A program made the translations under genes and the position numbers. A stretch of 64,000 bases of DNA from Octopus vulgaris (Eukaryota). Below, piece after piece: positions 11,447 through 25,011 of the stretch (positions within the stretch are counted from its first letter, which is position 1; every line of letters starts with the position of its first letter). The notes below the pieces were generated by a model. That model searched no databases and was not told the DNA's origin. It saw only the letters and a list, made by a program, of their open reading frames with translations. The stretch spans positions 26,040,001-26,104,000 of the forward strand of contig OX597838.1 of assembly GCA_951406725.2 (NCBI GenBank), read 5' to 3'.

Positions 11447-13390
11447 AGATCTTGTGAATTTTCCGGGGTCCTCTCTCGACCCCCTTGGAAAAGATTTTCC
11501 CCACAAATTTCTTTGTAATCGTAATGTATGTCGTTTGAAAGATATTTCTATAAAATTTCAATGAAAAAAAAAACCCATTTTCCTAAAAGTTACGAGGGAA
11601 AGCTCGTATCTTGTGAATTTTCCGAAGTCCTCTCTCCACCCCCTTGGAAAAGATTTTCCCTACAAATTTCTTTATAATCGTTTGAAAGGTATTTCTACTA
11701 GAAAAGTTCATTGAAAAAAATCCCCATTTTCCTAAAAGTTACGAGGGAAAAGCTCGGATCTTGTGAAATTTTCGAAGCCCTCTCCCCACCCTTCCTGGAA
11801 AAGATTTTCCCCACAAATTTCTTTATAATCGTAATGTCTGCCGTTTGAAAGGTATTTGTACTAGAAGAGTTCATTGAAAAAAATCCCCATTTTCCTAAAA
11901 GTTATGAGGGAAAAGCTCGGATCTTGTGAATTTTGCGAAGTCCTCTCTCCACCCACTTGGAAAAGATTTTCCCCAAAAATTTCTTTGTAATCGTAATGTA
12001 TGTCGTTTGAAAGGTATTTATATAAAATTTCAATGAAAAAAAACCCCCATTTTCCTAAAAGTTACGAGGGAAAAGCTCGTATCTTGTGAATTTTCCGAAG
12101 TCCTCTCTCCACCCCCTTGGAAAAGATTTTCCCCACAAATTTCTTTATAATCGTTTGAAAGGTATTTCTACTAGAAAAGTTCATTGAAAAAAATCCCCAT
12201 TTTCCTAAAAGTTACGAGGGAAAAGCTCGGATCTTGTGAAATTTTCGAAGCCCTCTCCCCACCTTCCCTGGAAAAGATTTTCCCCACAAATTTCTTTATA
12301 ATCGTAATGTCTGCCGTTTGAAAGGTATTTCTATAAAATTTCAATGGAAAAAAAAAAACATTTTCCTAAAAGTTACGAGGGTAAAGCTCGGATCTTGTGA
12401 ATTTTCCGAAGTCCTCTCTCGATCCCCTTGGAAAAGATTTTCCCCACAGAATTCTTTATAATTGTAATGTATGCCGTTTGAAGGGTATTTCTACTAGAAG
12501 AGTTCATTGAAAAAAATCCCCATTTTCCTAAAAGTTACGAGGGAAAAGCTCGGATCTTGTGAATTTTCCGAAGTACTCTCTCGATCCCCTTGGAAAAGAT
12601 TTTCCCCACAAATTTCTTTATAATCGTAATGTATGCCGTTTGAAAGGTATTTCTATAAAATTTCAATGGAAAAAAAAAGCCATTTTCATAAAAGTTACGA
12701 GGGAAAAGCTCGGATCTTGTGAAATTTTCGAAGTCCTCTCTCCACCTCATTGGAAAAGATTTTCCTCACAAATTTCTTTGTAATCGTAATGTATGTCGTT
12801 TGAAAGGTATTTCTATTAGAAAAGTTCATTGAAAAAAATCCCCCATTTTCCTAAAAGTTACGAGGGAAAAGCTCGGATCGTGTAAATTTTTCGAAGCCGT
12901 CTCCCCACCTCCTTGGAAAATATTTTCCTCACAAATTTCTTTATAATCGTAATGTATGCCGTTTGAAAGGTATTTCTATAAAATTTCAATGAAAAAAAAA
13001 ACCATATTCCTAAAAGTTATGAGGGAAAAGCTCGGATCTTGTGAAATTTTCGAAGTCCTCTCTCCACCTCCTTGGAAAAGATTTTCCTCACAAATTTCTT
13101 TATAATCGTAATGTATGCCGTTTGAAAGGTATTTCTATAAAATTTCAATGAAAAAAAAAACCATATTCCTAAAAGTTATGAGGGAAAAGCTCGGATCTTG
13201 TGAAATTTTCGAAGCCGTCTCCCAACCTCCTTGGAAAAGATTTTCCCCACAAATTTCTTTATAATCATAATGTATGCCGTTTGAAAGGTATTTCTATAAA
13301 ATTTCAATGAAAAAAAAAAACCATATTCCTAAAAGTTACGAGGGAAAAGCTCGGATCGTGTGAATTTTCCGAAGTCCTCCCCCCACCCTC
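11447..13390. repeat. Tandem array of about 12 units of 150-163 bp
   Basis: Unit starts (GATCTTGTGAA) near 11448, 11607, 11757, 11920, 12080, 12230, 12391, 12553, 12713, 12876, 13035, 13194, 13354. Confidence 0.95.
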
Positions 13391-13709
13391 CCGTTGCTTT
13401 GCACACATTTTTTTTTCATATTCGTTTCTGACACATTTTTTTAATACCCATTCCAGTATTTTCTTCGGATTTTCATTTCCGGGCGAAGATGTAAAAATTA
13501 CTCTATATGTATGTATTTGTTGTCTGTCTTTGTCTTCTCACCATGTTGACAACCGATGTTGGTGTGTTTACGTTTCTGTTACTTAGTAGTTCAGCAAAAA
13601 GACACTGAGAGAATAAGTACTAGGCTTACAAAGAATAAGTCCTGGGGTCGATTTGTTCGACTAGATGATTGAAACAAGTAAAAGAATAAAAGAATATATA
13701 TATATATAT

Positions 13710-14125
13710 AGGTGCAGGAGTGGCTGTGTGGTAAGTAGCTTGTTTACCAGCCACATGGTTCCAGGTTCAGTCCCACTGCGTGGCACCTTGGGCAAGTGTC
13801 TTCTACTATAGCCTCGGGCCGACCAAAGCCTTGTGAGTGGATTTGGTAGACGGAAACTGAAAGAAGCTCGTCGTATATATGTATATATATATATTTGTGC
13901 GTGTATGTTTGTATATCTGTGTTTGTCCCCCCAACATCGCTTGACAAACGATGCTGGTGTGTTTATGTCCCCGTCACTTAGTGGTTCGGCAAAAGAGACC
14001 GATAGAGTAAGTACTGGGCTTACAACGAATAAGTCTCAGGGTTGAGTTGCTCAATTAAAGGCAGTGCTCCAGCATGGCCGCAGTCAAATGACTGAAACAA
14101 GTAAAAGAGTAAAAGAGTAAAGAGT
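13710..14125 (+). mobile_element. SINE family 1, full length
   Basis: A/B boxes, CORE-like segment and (AAAAGAGT)n tail; preceded by a 3' half copy at 13510-13695. Confidence 0.88.
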
Positions 14126-14317
14126 ATATATAATAAATTCAGGGTGAATACTTGATAAATGTAAGCACCTGTATACCCTGTACACCTATTTGATTATGAA
14201 GATTTACAAACATACTTTCTCAGTGATACTCAGTTTACCTACCATTATAAATAATACCAAGTGTTCTTTCTCAAACCTTTCATAATGTGAAACAAGTCTT
14301 TGGTGTAGCAATTGCAT

Positions 14318-14409
14318 GCGGCTGAAGAGGGCTTTAAACTATCTGTTATGTCGATTATACATTGATGTAAGAATAAGTTGTTTTATAAAGCTCGAAACAT
14401 GTGTACCGC
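14318..14409 (+). ncRNA. Type-I hammerhead ribozyme within PLE-like fragment 14135-14448
   Basis: GCGG-CTGAAGA-GGGCTTTA...TAAAGCTC-GAAA-CATGTGTA-CCGC: helix I GCGG/CCGC, intact core, stem II, near-palindromic stem III, GUA cleavage triplet. Confidence 0.8.
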
Positions 14410-14472
14410 GACATCCTTTGTGTTCCGTTTTTTATTTCATTTGATACCTATATATATATACGGAGATGTACT

Positions 14473-14504
<32 letters not shown>

Positions 14505-14509
<5 letters not shown>

Positions 14510-14745
14510 GGAGATGTACTTGCATAGCAAGTGACCTGATCTGAGATCATGTACTGAAACAAAAACAATTACTGCATGGAAAGTGTTTATAAGCCATTTA
14601 AAAACATGGAATTTTGTCAGTGAACAGGTTGTGGTTTCAAAGCGCTGAAAATATTTTGACAAATTAAATTTAAACATTGAAGTGAATCTAAGGGTCTTTG
14701 TGTGTTTTTAAATGGCTTATAAGAACCTTCCACGCTGCAATTCTT
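14505..14745. mobile_element. PLE-like fragment with partial inverted repeat in (TA)n
   Basis: Arms ~14565-14605 and 14700-14742; same family as 45911-46095. Confidence 0.5.
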
Positions 14746-15129
14746 CATATATGTGTGCTGAGGCTTGCTAAAGGATTTTACATTTTGATATGACTGGGGT
14801 ACTTATGTGTACCCATGACTCTTGCTTCTGCTTTTTTCCATGGGTGCTTGTAAGTATTTCATTTATTTCTCATCGTATTCCCTACTGTAGAGGGAAAAAT
14901 CCTTAAGATTAACCCCAAAATTGATTCAATACTGAGATAACAAATTAAAAAAAAAAAAGATTCTGTTGGCTCTGCCTTCCTTATTTCAGCACGACGTGTC
15001 TTCATAGTGAATGTATATTGTAATGTGGGGATTGACGATTTAAAGTCTATTTCTCAGCATATTGGCATAGAAATCTTTTTTCTTTTGCCCTTGTTTATAA
15101 GTGCTTATATATATATATATATATATCAC

Positions 15130-15628
15130 TGTGATCGACTAGGTTATCAGATGTTGCTACACATCGCTGGTCACAATGTGCTTCGCATTGTTTTAGCCTT
15201 CAAATGACGCCACCCCGCTGGCTAAGCGAGCAGGCCAACAGAAGAAAGAGTGAGAGAAAGTTGTGGCGAAAGAGTACATCAGGGATCCCCCCACCCCCTG
15301 CAGGAGCCTTGTGTAGCTTTCACTGTGTGGTACCTTGGGCGAGTGTCTTCTACTATAGCTTCGGGCTGACAAAAGCCTTGTGAGTGGAAACTGAAAGAAG
15401 CCTGTCGTATATATGTATGTGTGTGTATATGTTTGCGTGTCTGTGTTTATCCCCCAACATTGCTTGACAACCGATGCTGGTGTGTTTACGTCCCCATCAC
15501 TTAGCGGTTCAGCAAAAGAGACCGATAGAATAAGTACTAGGCTTACAAAGAATAAGTCCTGGCGTCGATTTCTTCGATTCAAAGCAGTGCTCCAGCATGG
15601 CTGCAGTCAAACGACTGAAACAAGTCAT
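15130..15628 (+). mobile_element. Composite of a family-2-related segment and a SINE family 1 copy
   Basis: 15245-15320 matches the family 2 internal region (GAGTGAGAGAAAGTTGTGG..CAGGGATC); 15320-15628 matches family 1. Confidence 0.6.
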
Positions 15629-16089
15629 ATATATATATATATATATCCCCTGGCACAAAAATGCCCCTTTCCATGGCACTTTACATCTCATACTGGTATA
15701 ATGGTTGATTCTCATTTCTTACAGACTTTGCTTAAAACTACAGTATAAGACACTTGTCCAAGGCACCATGTAAACAGAACCAAAGCCAGAACAACACAGT
15801 TGCAAATCTAATATCTCATGTCTGCATCTCAACATAAAAGTACAGTTTCTGGAGTGTCTCTCTAGAATTTTCTCTGTCTGTTTGTCTCTCTCTCTCTCTC
15901 TGTCTCTCTCTCCTTCTCTCTCTCTCTCTCACCACACACTCACAAAATACAAATAAAAAAGTACAGTATAAAATAAAACGTTGTTATTTCTCCAAACATC
16001 TAAAATTGACTTGTCTCCCTGTCCTATCCTTTACTTCTCATTACAGAAAATAGCTGCGGGAATAATATAAAAATATATATCTATATAAA

Positions 16090-16920
<831 letters not shown>

Positions 16921-17197
16921 TTTGCGAGTGTATGTCTATATACATGCACATATATAGGGTTCAAATTTTTGAAGTTACAGACTTAAGCATATATGTAGGC
17001 ATATATGGGTATATAAATATAAATATATGCATGTATGTTATATATATATATATTCATACATACACACACACACACACTCATGCACACACATACACACATA
17101 ATATAAATATATGTATATATGCATGTCTGTGTATATATATGTATATATATATATCTTAATCTCTTTCTCTCTCTCTTTATATATATATAATCAATCC

Positions 17198-17254
<57 letters not shown>

Positions 17255-17835
17255 CATATATATATACATACACACATGGATAAATTAATATAAACAGTGT
17301 AATAATGAAAAAAATAGGCTGCATAAACAACTGAAGAAAAGTGTGTGGGGGTGTGTAATAAGCCAAAAAACTCATTAAACTGTCCAATAATTAGATTTCA
17401 TTGGTTGCTCTTGAATTGCTAAGTCAATATGTAATTTATTGATTGGTAAATCGCTGAGCACTAAGTATTGATTAGGTGTTTTTTTTCTTACTGGAAGAGA
17501 GGAAATAACTAGGCAAATGGACATTAAACCTGTTGAATTTGAGAGAAAATTTATTAGGTAAATAGTATATGCATGCTGTGTATGTTAGCATGTGTGGTTG
17601 TATGTATGTTAGTTGGTGTTCATGTGTGTGTGTGTGTGTGATGTGTATGTGTGTGATGGTTATATGTATGTGTGTGTGATATGTGGTTGTGTAGTAAGAA
17701 GCTTGATTCCCAACCGCACATGGCTCCAGGTCCAGTTCCACTGTGTGGTACATTGCGCAAATGTCTTCTACTATTGCCTTGGGCTAAACAAGGTTTGTGA
17801 GTGGATTTGGTAGACAGAAACTGAAAGAAGCTTGT

Positions 17836-17873
<38 letters not shown>

Positions 17874-18049
17874 TCTCTTTGTGTTCGACGTCCCTTTGGT
17901 GTCCTGTACTCATATATGTGTATATGCGTGTATATGTACATGTAGAGGTAGGTACGTACATATATGTTTATATATATGCATATGTTTTATTTCATTTATT
18001 AATATATATATATATATACATATATATATAGATATATAGATAGATAGAT

Positions 18050-18190
18050 AGTTGAAATTTATAGAAAAACCAAAGGTGAAGACAGGTGTATGAACAACAA
18101 GCAGGTGTATTAGTTTGACATTTGGGAAAATGAAAAAGTCTTTTATGTTTCAAGGCTATGCTTTTCAACAGAAAAAAATAAAATAAAGCA
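18050..18190 (-). mobile_element. CpG-decayed PLE-like fragment homologous to 32110-32300
   Basis: Colinear with 32135-32240. Confidence 0.55.
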
Positions 18191-19043
18191 GTCATCAACA
18201 AAGATCAAAGATGTATAAGTCTCAGTTCATGAATTGATGCTAAAACATCTTTGTTACTCATTTTATATTTTAATCATCATCATCGTCATCGTTGTTTAAT
18301 GTCCACCTTCCATGCTAGCATCAGTGAGATGGTTTCACAAGAGCCGGCCAGGCCGAAGCCTGAGCAGACTTCTGTGACTGTTTTGGTAGGAGGACTTTTA
18401 CAGCTGGATGCCGTTCCGAAAACCAACCACTTTACTGTGTGGACTGGGTGCTTTTTAGTGGCACCTGCACTAGCTAGGTCACCAAGTACTTTCAAGACAA
18501 TAAGAAAAAAAAAAAAACTTTTAAGAGATGGTTAGGAGGCATTGGAGGAGGTGATCTTGTTCCTTTAAGTCTGCATCTAAGAACTGAAAAAAAAAAAAAG
18601 ATATGTCAAAAAATACATACATGTGTATGTATGTATATATGTAGATATGTCCATTTAAAGCCTGTCTTCTATGTTGCATGACCACTTTTCAATACCAGCA
18701 TTGGTCAAAACTCCCACATTTTAGAGCTCCACGAGTTCCATTTTTCAGGAGCAAAAACCTTTGAACAGGTTTCATAGGATTTGAATTTTGGAAATTGGGC
18801 ATTAAAGATGAGTAGTATGGGATACATGTATCATGATTAGAATTTTTGTTAGGGTGTGTAAAGAGGGAAAGAACCCTCATTAAAATTCTTAATCTGCAAT
18901 TTTGATGAGATTTGAATCATAGGTATTCCAGTTCATTAGATAAAATATAAAAGAAAAGTTTAATTCTTCAATTCCATGTGACATGGGCAATGCTGGGTAT
19001 CTCTGGCAGTATACATACATACATACATACATACATACATACA

Positions 19044-19092
<49 letters not shown>

Positions 19093-19104
19093 GTATATAC
19101 ATAC

Positions 19105-19341
19105 TTTTGCTCTTTTATTCTTTTGCTTGTTTCAGTTATCTGACTGTGGCCATGCTGGAGCACCACCTTAAGGGGTTATAGTTGAACAAATCAACCCCAG
19201 GACTTATTCTTTGTAAGCCTAGTACTTATTGTAGTGGTCACTTTTGCCAAACTGCTAAATTTCAGGGATGTAAACACACCAACATCAGTTCTCAAATGTT
19301 GATGGTGGTGGGGGGAAGACAAACACAGACACAAACACACA

Positions 19342-19407
<66 letters not shown>

Positions 19408-19559
19408 GCAAACAACACTCATTTTAGTGCTGTTGACACTGCTGGATTGAATAGTACTGCCCAGGTGTCAAAACCATAATGATATTCATGGGGCAGCTGA
19501 TGATGGAGGTATATTGGATTGTTGATATGGCTGAGTAATAGTATTATAACACAACCTTT

Positions 19560-19619
<60 letters not shown>

Positions 19620-19790
19620 ATATACACTCACACAAATATATACAACGGGCTTCTTTCAGTTTCCATCTACCAAATACACTCACAAGGCTTTGGTCGACCC
19701 AAGACTGTAGTAGAAGACACTTGCCCAAGGTGTCACACAGTGGGACTGAACCTGAAACCATGTGGCTGGGAAGTAAGTTTTTTACGACAC
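19105..19790 (-). mobile_element. SINE family 1, interrupted within its (TA)n
   Basis: 3' half at 19105-19340 and 5' half at 19640-19790, with ~160 bp of foreign sequence between (TA)n tracts. Confidence 0.75.
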
Positions 19791-20433
19791 AATAGATTTA
19801 GTTAACTTCATTCATTATTTCATTTACAATTGTTTCATCAACTTCAGTAAAGCAAATCTTGCATCATGCCATTGCCCTGTTAACAGCTACTGGTTTATTT
19901 CCATGATGTATGGGAAGCTTTCATGACAGGTCATGCTGAAGTCAATTCTTTTGAACACCACAAAAATCAATAAACCATTTAATCCATCTGAAGTCACATA
20001 CACCCTTTTAAGGCAATCATGAATAGGCAGTTATAATTAAACAAGGTATAAGTAGGAAGAGATTTAAAATAAAAGGCGGAGGAGCAGGAAGAATTTGACA
20101 AGATATTTAGTCCCATATCACACTGACAGTCCAACACACCAATACAGGTTGTATATAGTACTGCCCAGTTGTCTCTCATAAGTTTTAATTGAGGAGTGGT
20201 TAGTTTTTACAGTTCCCTGTTTTGAGGTTTTTACAGGAATTACAATTTACCTTGGATACAGACATGCTGCCTAGATGTCAAAAGTTAAGTTTTCTATTGA
20301 GACAGGTTATTTAGATAAGTTATTACAATAAAATACTAGTTTACCCATCCATAAGTCTATACACATGAACCTATGTAAGATATTCCATGTAAATATATTG
20401 ATTCCTGAGCAAGTTGACATTCACACTAAACAG

Positions 20434-20477
<44 letters not shown>

Positions 20478-20479
<2 letters not shown>

Positions 20480-20748
20480 GTGAAGCATATTTGCCACTTA
20501 AATGTGGTTAACCCTTAAGGGTGGATGCTACTGTTGCTTGTAGCCCTAGGAGGACACATCCAGCTGGCTATTGACACACTTTCTGTGCCCTATCAGTATT
20601 TGCAAGGGGAAACCATCCTTCCCATCTTCAATCTGACATGATACACGCAACAGTAGCATCCACCCTTAGGGGTTAGCCACATTTAAGTGGCAAATATGCT
20701 TCACGTTGTTGTGCAGCTACTGTTTATACCTAGCTCAGAGATTTATTA
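20478..20748. mobile_element. Inverted-repeat-plus-tail insertion in (TA)n (PLE-like)
   Basis: Arms 20478-20538 and 20647-20706, ~40-bp one-sided tail, (TA)n on both flanks. Confidence 0.6.
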
Positions 20749-20759
20749 TATACATACAT

Positions 20760-20811
<52 letters not shown>

Positions 20812-20870
20812 GTATGTATGTATATGTATGTATGTATATGTATGTATGTATGTATATGTATATATGTATG

Positions 20871-20909
<39 letters not shown>

Positions 20910-20954
20910 GTATATATATGTATGTATGTATATGTATGTATATGTATATGTATG

Positions 20955-20985
<31 letters not shown>

Positions 20986-21016
20986 TTACGTATGTATGTA
21001 TGTATATATATGTATG

Positions 21017-21081
<65 letters not shown>

Positions 21082-21188
21082 TCGGGGTGAGTACTTGATG
21101 ATTATAAGCACCTGTGTATACCGTTTGGTGGTGTAGGTGGTGGAGTAAATTGATCAAAATAAAATAAAAACATGATGCGAAGGATTCA

Positions 21189-21266
21189 GCGGTACATATG
21201 TTTCGGGCCTTTATTAGACAGATTTATAACAATGCATAATGTATGTCTGTGGCCTTCTTCAGCTGC
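21189..21266 (-). ncRNA. Type-I hammerhead ribozyme in PLE-like fragment (~21077-21520)
   Basis: Minus strand: GCAG-CTGAAGA-AGGCC...AGGCCC-GAAA-CATATGTA-CCGC, palindromic ACATATGT. Element end AAATTCGGGGTGAGTACTTG matches the 14135 end. Confidence 0.7.
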
Positions 21267-21577
21267 GCACAACAGCTTACATGTGTTACATCAAAAATTC
21301 TTGGTTGGGGATGCAAATCCTCTCATACGACATAATGCGGCAAGCATAGAATAGCGTCCATCTCTTTCTTCTCTCAATGTAGAATGAGGAAAATTAGATG
21401 TTGAGGTAATGTAAATAAATAAATACATATATAGAGGTGAAGATGGAGGGGCGAGAGTTCGGGACGAGGGATAAAAAATGTATAAAAAGTGTAAGTATAG
21501 AATAATATAAAAATGTAGAGGATATATATAAGGAGATGTATACATACATATATATATATACATACATATATATATAT

Positions 21578-21629
<52 letters not shown>

Positions 21630-21777
21630 GTACTGTATTTTATGATGGTCATTTTTAGATATTTGTTCTTCGCTCATTCATTACTGTTCTTATTCTAACT
21701 CGTGTCCACCTTTTATTACGCATCTGTGACCTCCTCATTTTCTGTCTTCGTGCGTGCTCTTGCTCTGCTTATTCCAT

Positions 21778-21823
21778 TCCAGTTGATGAGGAGGTCACAC
21801 ATGTGTGACGAAAGATTTCTGGA
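21778..21823 (+). ncRNA. Degenerate hammerhead-like motif inside inverted repeat 21657-21878
   Basis: TCCAG-TTGATGA-GGAG-GTCACACATGTGTGAC-GAAA-GATTT-CTGGA (C3U change). Confidence 0.55.
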
Positions 21824-21894
21824 CAATGAGCATGAATTAGAATAAGAACAGTAATGAACGGGTGAAGAACAAATATATTTTCTTTTCTTTTTTT

Positions 21895-22088
21895 CCTTTT
21901 TCTTGTTTCAATCATTTTGACTGCGGCCATGCTGGAGCACCGCCTTTAATCGAGCAACTCAACCCCGGGACTTATTCTTTTGTAAGCCCAGTACTTATTC
22001 TATCGGTCTCTTTTGCCGAACCTCTAAGTAATGGGGACATAAACACACCAGCATCGGTTGTCAAACAATGCTAGGGGGACAAACACAG

Positions 22089-22121
<33 letters not shown>

Positions 22122-22270
22122 CGACGGGCTTCTTTCAGTTTCCGTCTACCAAATCCACTCACAAGGCTTTGGTCGGCCCGAGGCTATAGTAGAAGATACT
22201 TGCCCAAGGTGCCACGCAGTGGGACTGAACCCGGAACCATGTGGTTGGTAAGCAAGCTACTCCTGCGCCT
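21895..22270 (-). mobile_element. SINE family 1, young copy
   Basis: Reverse complement of the family consensus with CpGs retained. Confidence 0.88.
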
Positions 22271-22477
22271 ATATATATATATATAATGTATGTATTTATT
22301 TGGCAGAAAGAAAGAAAAACGACCATCCTGAAAGACAACAATATCTGTTTCAACACACGACTTCACATCAGGAATTTTACAATACAAATTCATAAATGTA
22401 CTGACGCTCTTGTGAGTCAACTCGATACATACACCTATATATACACATACACACAAATGCACATGTGTGTGTATATA

Positions 22478-22872
22478 TTCTCTTTACTCTTTTACTTGTT
22501 TCAGTCATTTGACTGCGGCCATGCTGGAGCACCCCCTTTAAGCGAGCAACTCGACCCCGGGACTTATTCTTTTGTAAGCCCAGTACTTATTCTATCGGTC
22601 TCTTTTGCCGAACCGCTAAGTAACGAGGACATAAACACACCAGCATCGGTTGTCAAACAATGCTAGGGGGACAAACACAGACACACACATATATATATAT
22701 ATATATACATATATACGGACGGGCTTCTTTCAGTTTCCGTCTACCAAATCCACTCACAAGGCTTTGGTCGGCCCGAGGCTATAGTAGAAGACACTTGCCC
22801 AAGGTGCCACGCAGTGGGACTGAACCCGGAACCATGTGGTTGGTAAACAAGCGACTTACCACACAGCCACAC
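22478..22872 (-). mobile_element. SINE family 1, young copy
   Basis: Nearly identical to 21895-22270 and 32941-33365. Confidence 0.88.
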
Positions 22873-23352
22873 ATATATATGAACATGTATGTACACGTGT
22901 CTACATATGTATACATACACGTACGTATATATTATATAAGTGAACCTAAAAGTAGGGGCTATAGATAATGGCTGTTAAAACTTTGGGTAGAGAAGGGTAT
23001 GTTTAAAGTGATACAAGCACACACACACACACACATATATATATATACATATATACGACGGGCTTCTTTCAGTTTCCGCCTACCAAATCCACTCACAAGG
23101 CCTTGGTCGGCCCGAGGCTATAGTAGAAGACACTTGCGCAAGGTGCCACGCAGTGGGACTGAACCCGGAACCATGTGGTTGGTAAACAAGCTACTTACCA
23201 CACAGCCACACATATATATAAATATGTATATACACGTGTCTACATATGTATACATACACGTACGTATATATTATATAAGTGAACCTAAAAGTAGGGGCTA
23301 TAGAAAACGGATGTTAACACTTTGCGTAGAGAAGGGTATGTTTAAAGTGATG
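22670..23352. repeat. Local tandem duplication (~340 bp: SINE 5' half plus unique flank)
   Basis: 22870-23012 is approximately identical to 23210-23352, each preceded by the SINE 5' half. Confidence 0.85.
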
Positions 23353-23445
23353 ACAATTAACAAGGAACTACGCCCCGAAAGCGATACTGACAGGCTGTAT
23401 GGGACTAGGAAGACGGAAGGAAGAGACCTCATAAGATGTTGTCAA
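23345..23445 (+). pseudogene. Small R4/Dong-like non-LTR RT fragment
   Basis: MTINKELRPESDTDRLYGTRKTEGRDLI resembles the HPKSDxxRLYxxRxxGGRGL motif. Confidence 0.55.
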
Positions 23446-23456
23446 CGAGAACAGTC

Positions 23457-23690
23457 TGGGATGAGCTGGCAGAAACGTTAGCACGCCGGGCAAAATGTTT
23501 AGCAGCATTTCGTCTGCCGTTACGTTCTGAGTTCAAATTCCGCCGAGGTCGACTTTGCCTTTCATCCTTTCGGGGTCGATTAAATAAGTACCAGTTACGC
23601 ACTGGGATTAATGTAATCGACTTAATCCATTTGTCTGTCCTTGTTTGTCCCCTCTGTGTTTAGCCCCTTGTGGGCAATAAAGAAATAAGA
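23457..23690 (+). mobile_element. SINE family 3 (Deu/Nin-domain-like), monomer
   Basis: A-box-like TGGCAGAAACGTTAG, B-box GAGTTCAAATTCC, central GCCTTTCATCCTTTCGGGGTCGAT..AATAAGTACC. Confidence 0.75.
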
Positions 23691-23752
23691 ATCTACCAGA
23701 GCAAACAAGACCGAGCGCTCTGAGAAGTAAAACAACAACGATGATGATGATG

Positions 23753-23797
<45 letters not shown>

Positions 23798-24229
23798 GTA
23801 ATAATAATAATAATAACGACGATGACGACGACAAAACAACAATAATGCTATTAATTTGTAGTTGTCTCGAAATAGATATAGATTTGGTTCACATTGGAGT
23901 GTTTCCTCGACTCTTAAACTCACCACTCTTCACTTATAAACCTCATTGATTTCTGCTTTGTCTTTCACTGTTGTAATGGCACCGATTCCAACAGAAGAGA
24001 ACAAGGGTGGGTGGGAGAGTTGGCTGGCGAGGATGTGTCGGAGGGGTGGGTCATTGCAGATATAAATAAGAGAGACTAAAATATATTAATTACACAATCA
24101 AATATATTAACCTAATTATATCACTTCTAGTCTTATTTCTTTTATAGCAGCAGATGAAACGTGTCCAAGTATACTAGTAGAAGTAGTTGTTGTTGTTGTT
24201 GTTATGTATTATTAGCAATTGTTGTTATC

Positions 24230-24267
24230 ATAATAAAATAATAATAATAATGATAACAATAATGATG

Positions 24268-24301
<34 letters not shown>

Positions 24302-24680
24302 TAATAATAATAATAATAATAACGATAATAATAATGATAATAATGATGATAATAATAATGATAATAATAATGATAATAATAATAATAATAATGATAATAA
24401 TAATGATAATAATGATAATAATAATAATGATAATAATAATGATAATAATGATGATAATAATGATAATAATGATGATAATAATGATAATAATAATGATAAT
24501 AATAATAATGATAATAATAATGATGATAATAATAATGATAATAATAATGATAATAATAATGATAATAATAATGATAATAATAATAATAATAATAATGATG
24601 ATAATAATGATGATGATAATAATGATGATGATGATAATAATAATAATAATAATAATAATTATAATAATAATAATAATAGT
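24230..24680. repeat. (TAA/TGA)n microsatellite
   Basis: Seen directly. Confidence 0.95.
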
Positions 24681-25011
24681 TGTAGTAGTAGTTTCTAGCA
24701 TAAGTACAAGGCTAGGAATTTCGAGGTGGGGGAAACGTACCTTATCGATCCCACTACTAGGCCGTCGTTTTATCTGTATTGATCCCAGAAAGATGAAAGA
24801 CAAAGTTTGATGTCGCTGGATTTGAACTCATAATCTAAAAAAGCTGTAATGAACACCGCAAACTGAACGGTGCCTGTTCCATTGCCCTAGTTACACACAT
24901 TAAGAAGGAAAACAACAAAAACATAAATAATTGTAATTTTAATTTAATTATGTGTTTTGCCCTTTGCCTGTCCTAAGCATTTTCATAATTTTGTCCTAAA
25001 CGTCCGCGTTT

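Noticed and set aside
11447-13390. CRISPR-like array (also 36270-36875, 46440-46620 and 53910-54520)
   Set aside because: Whole units repeat without unique spacers, there are no cas genes, and the context is eukaryotic.
14760-14890. Minus-strand exon after the good acceptor TTTTTCCCTCTACAG
   Set aside because: All three frames stop within about 25 nt and there is no homology; at best a terminal or UTR exon.
22068-23481. Repeated ORF ..RRASFSFRLPNPLTRLWSARGYSRRHLPKVPRSG..
   Set aside because: Antisense translation of SINE family 1.
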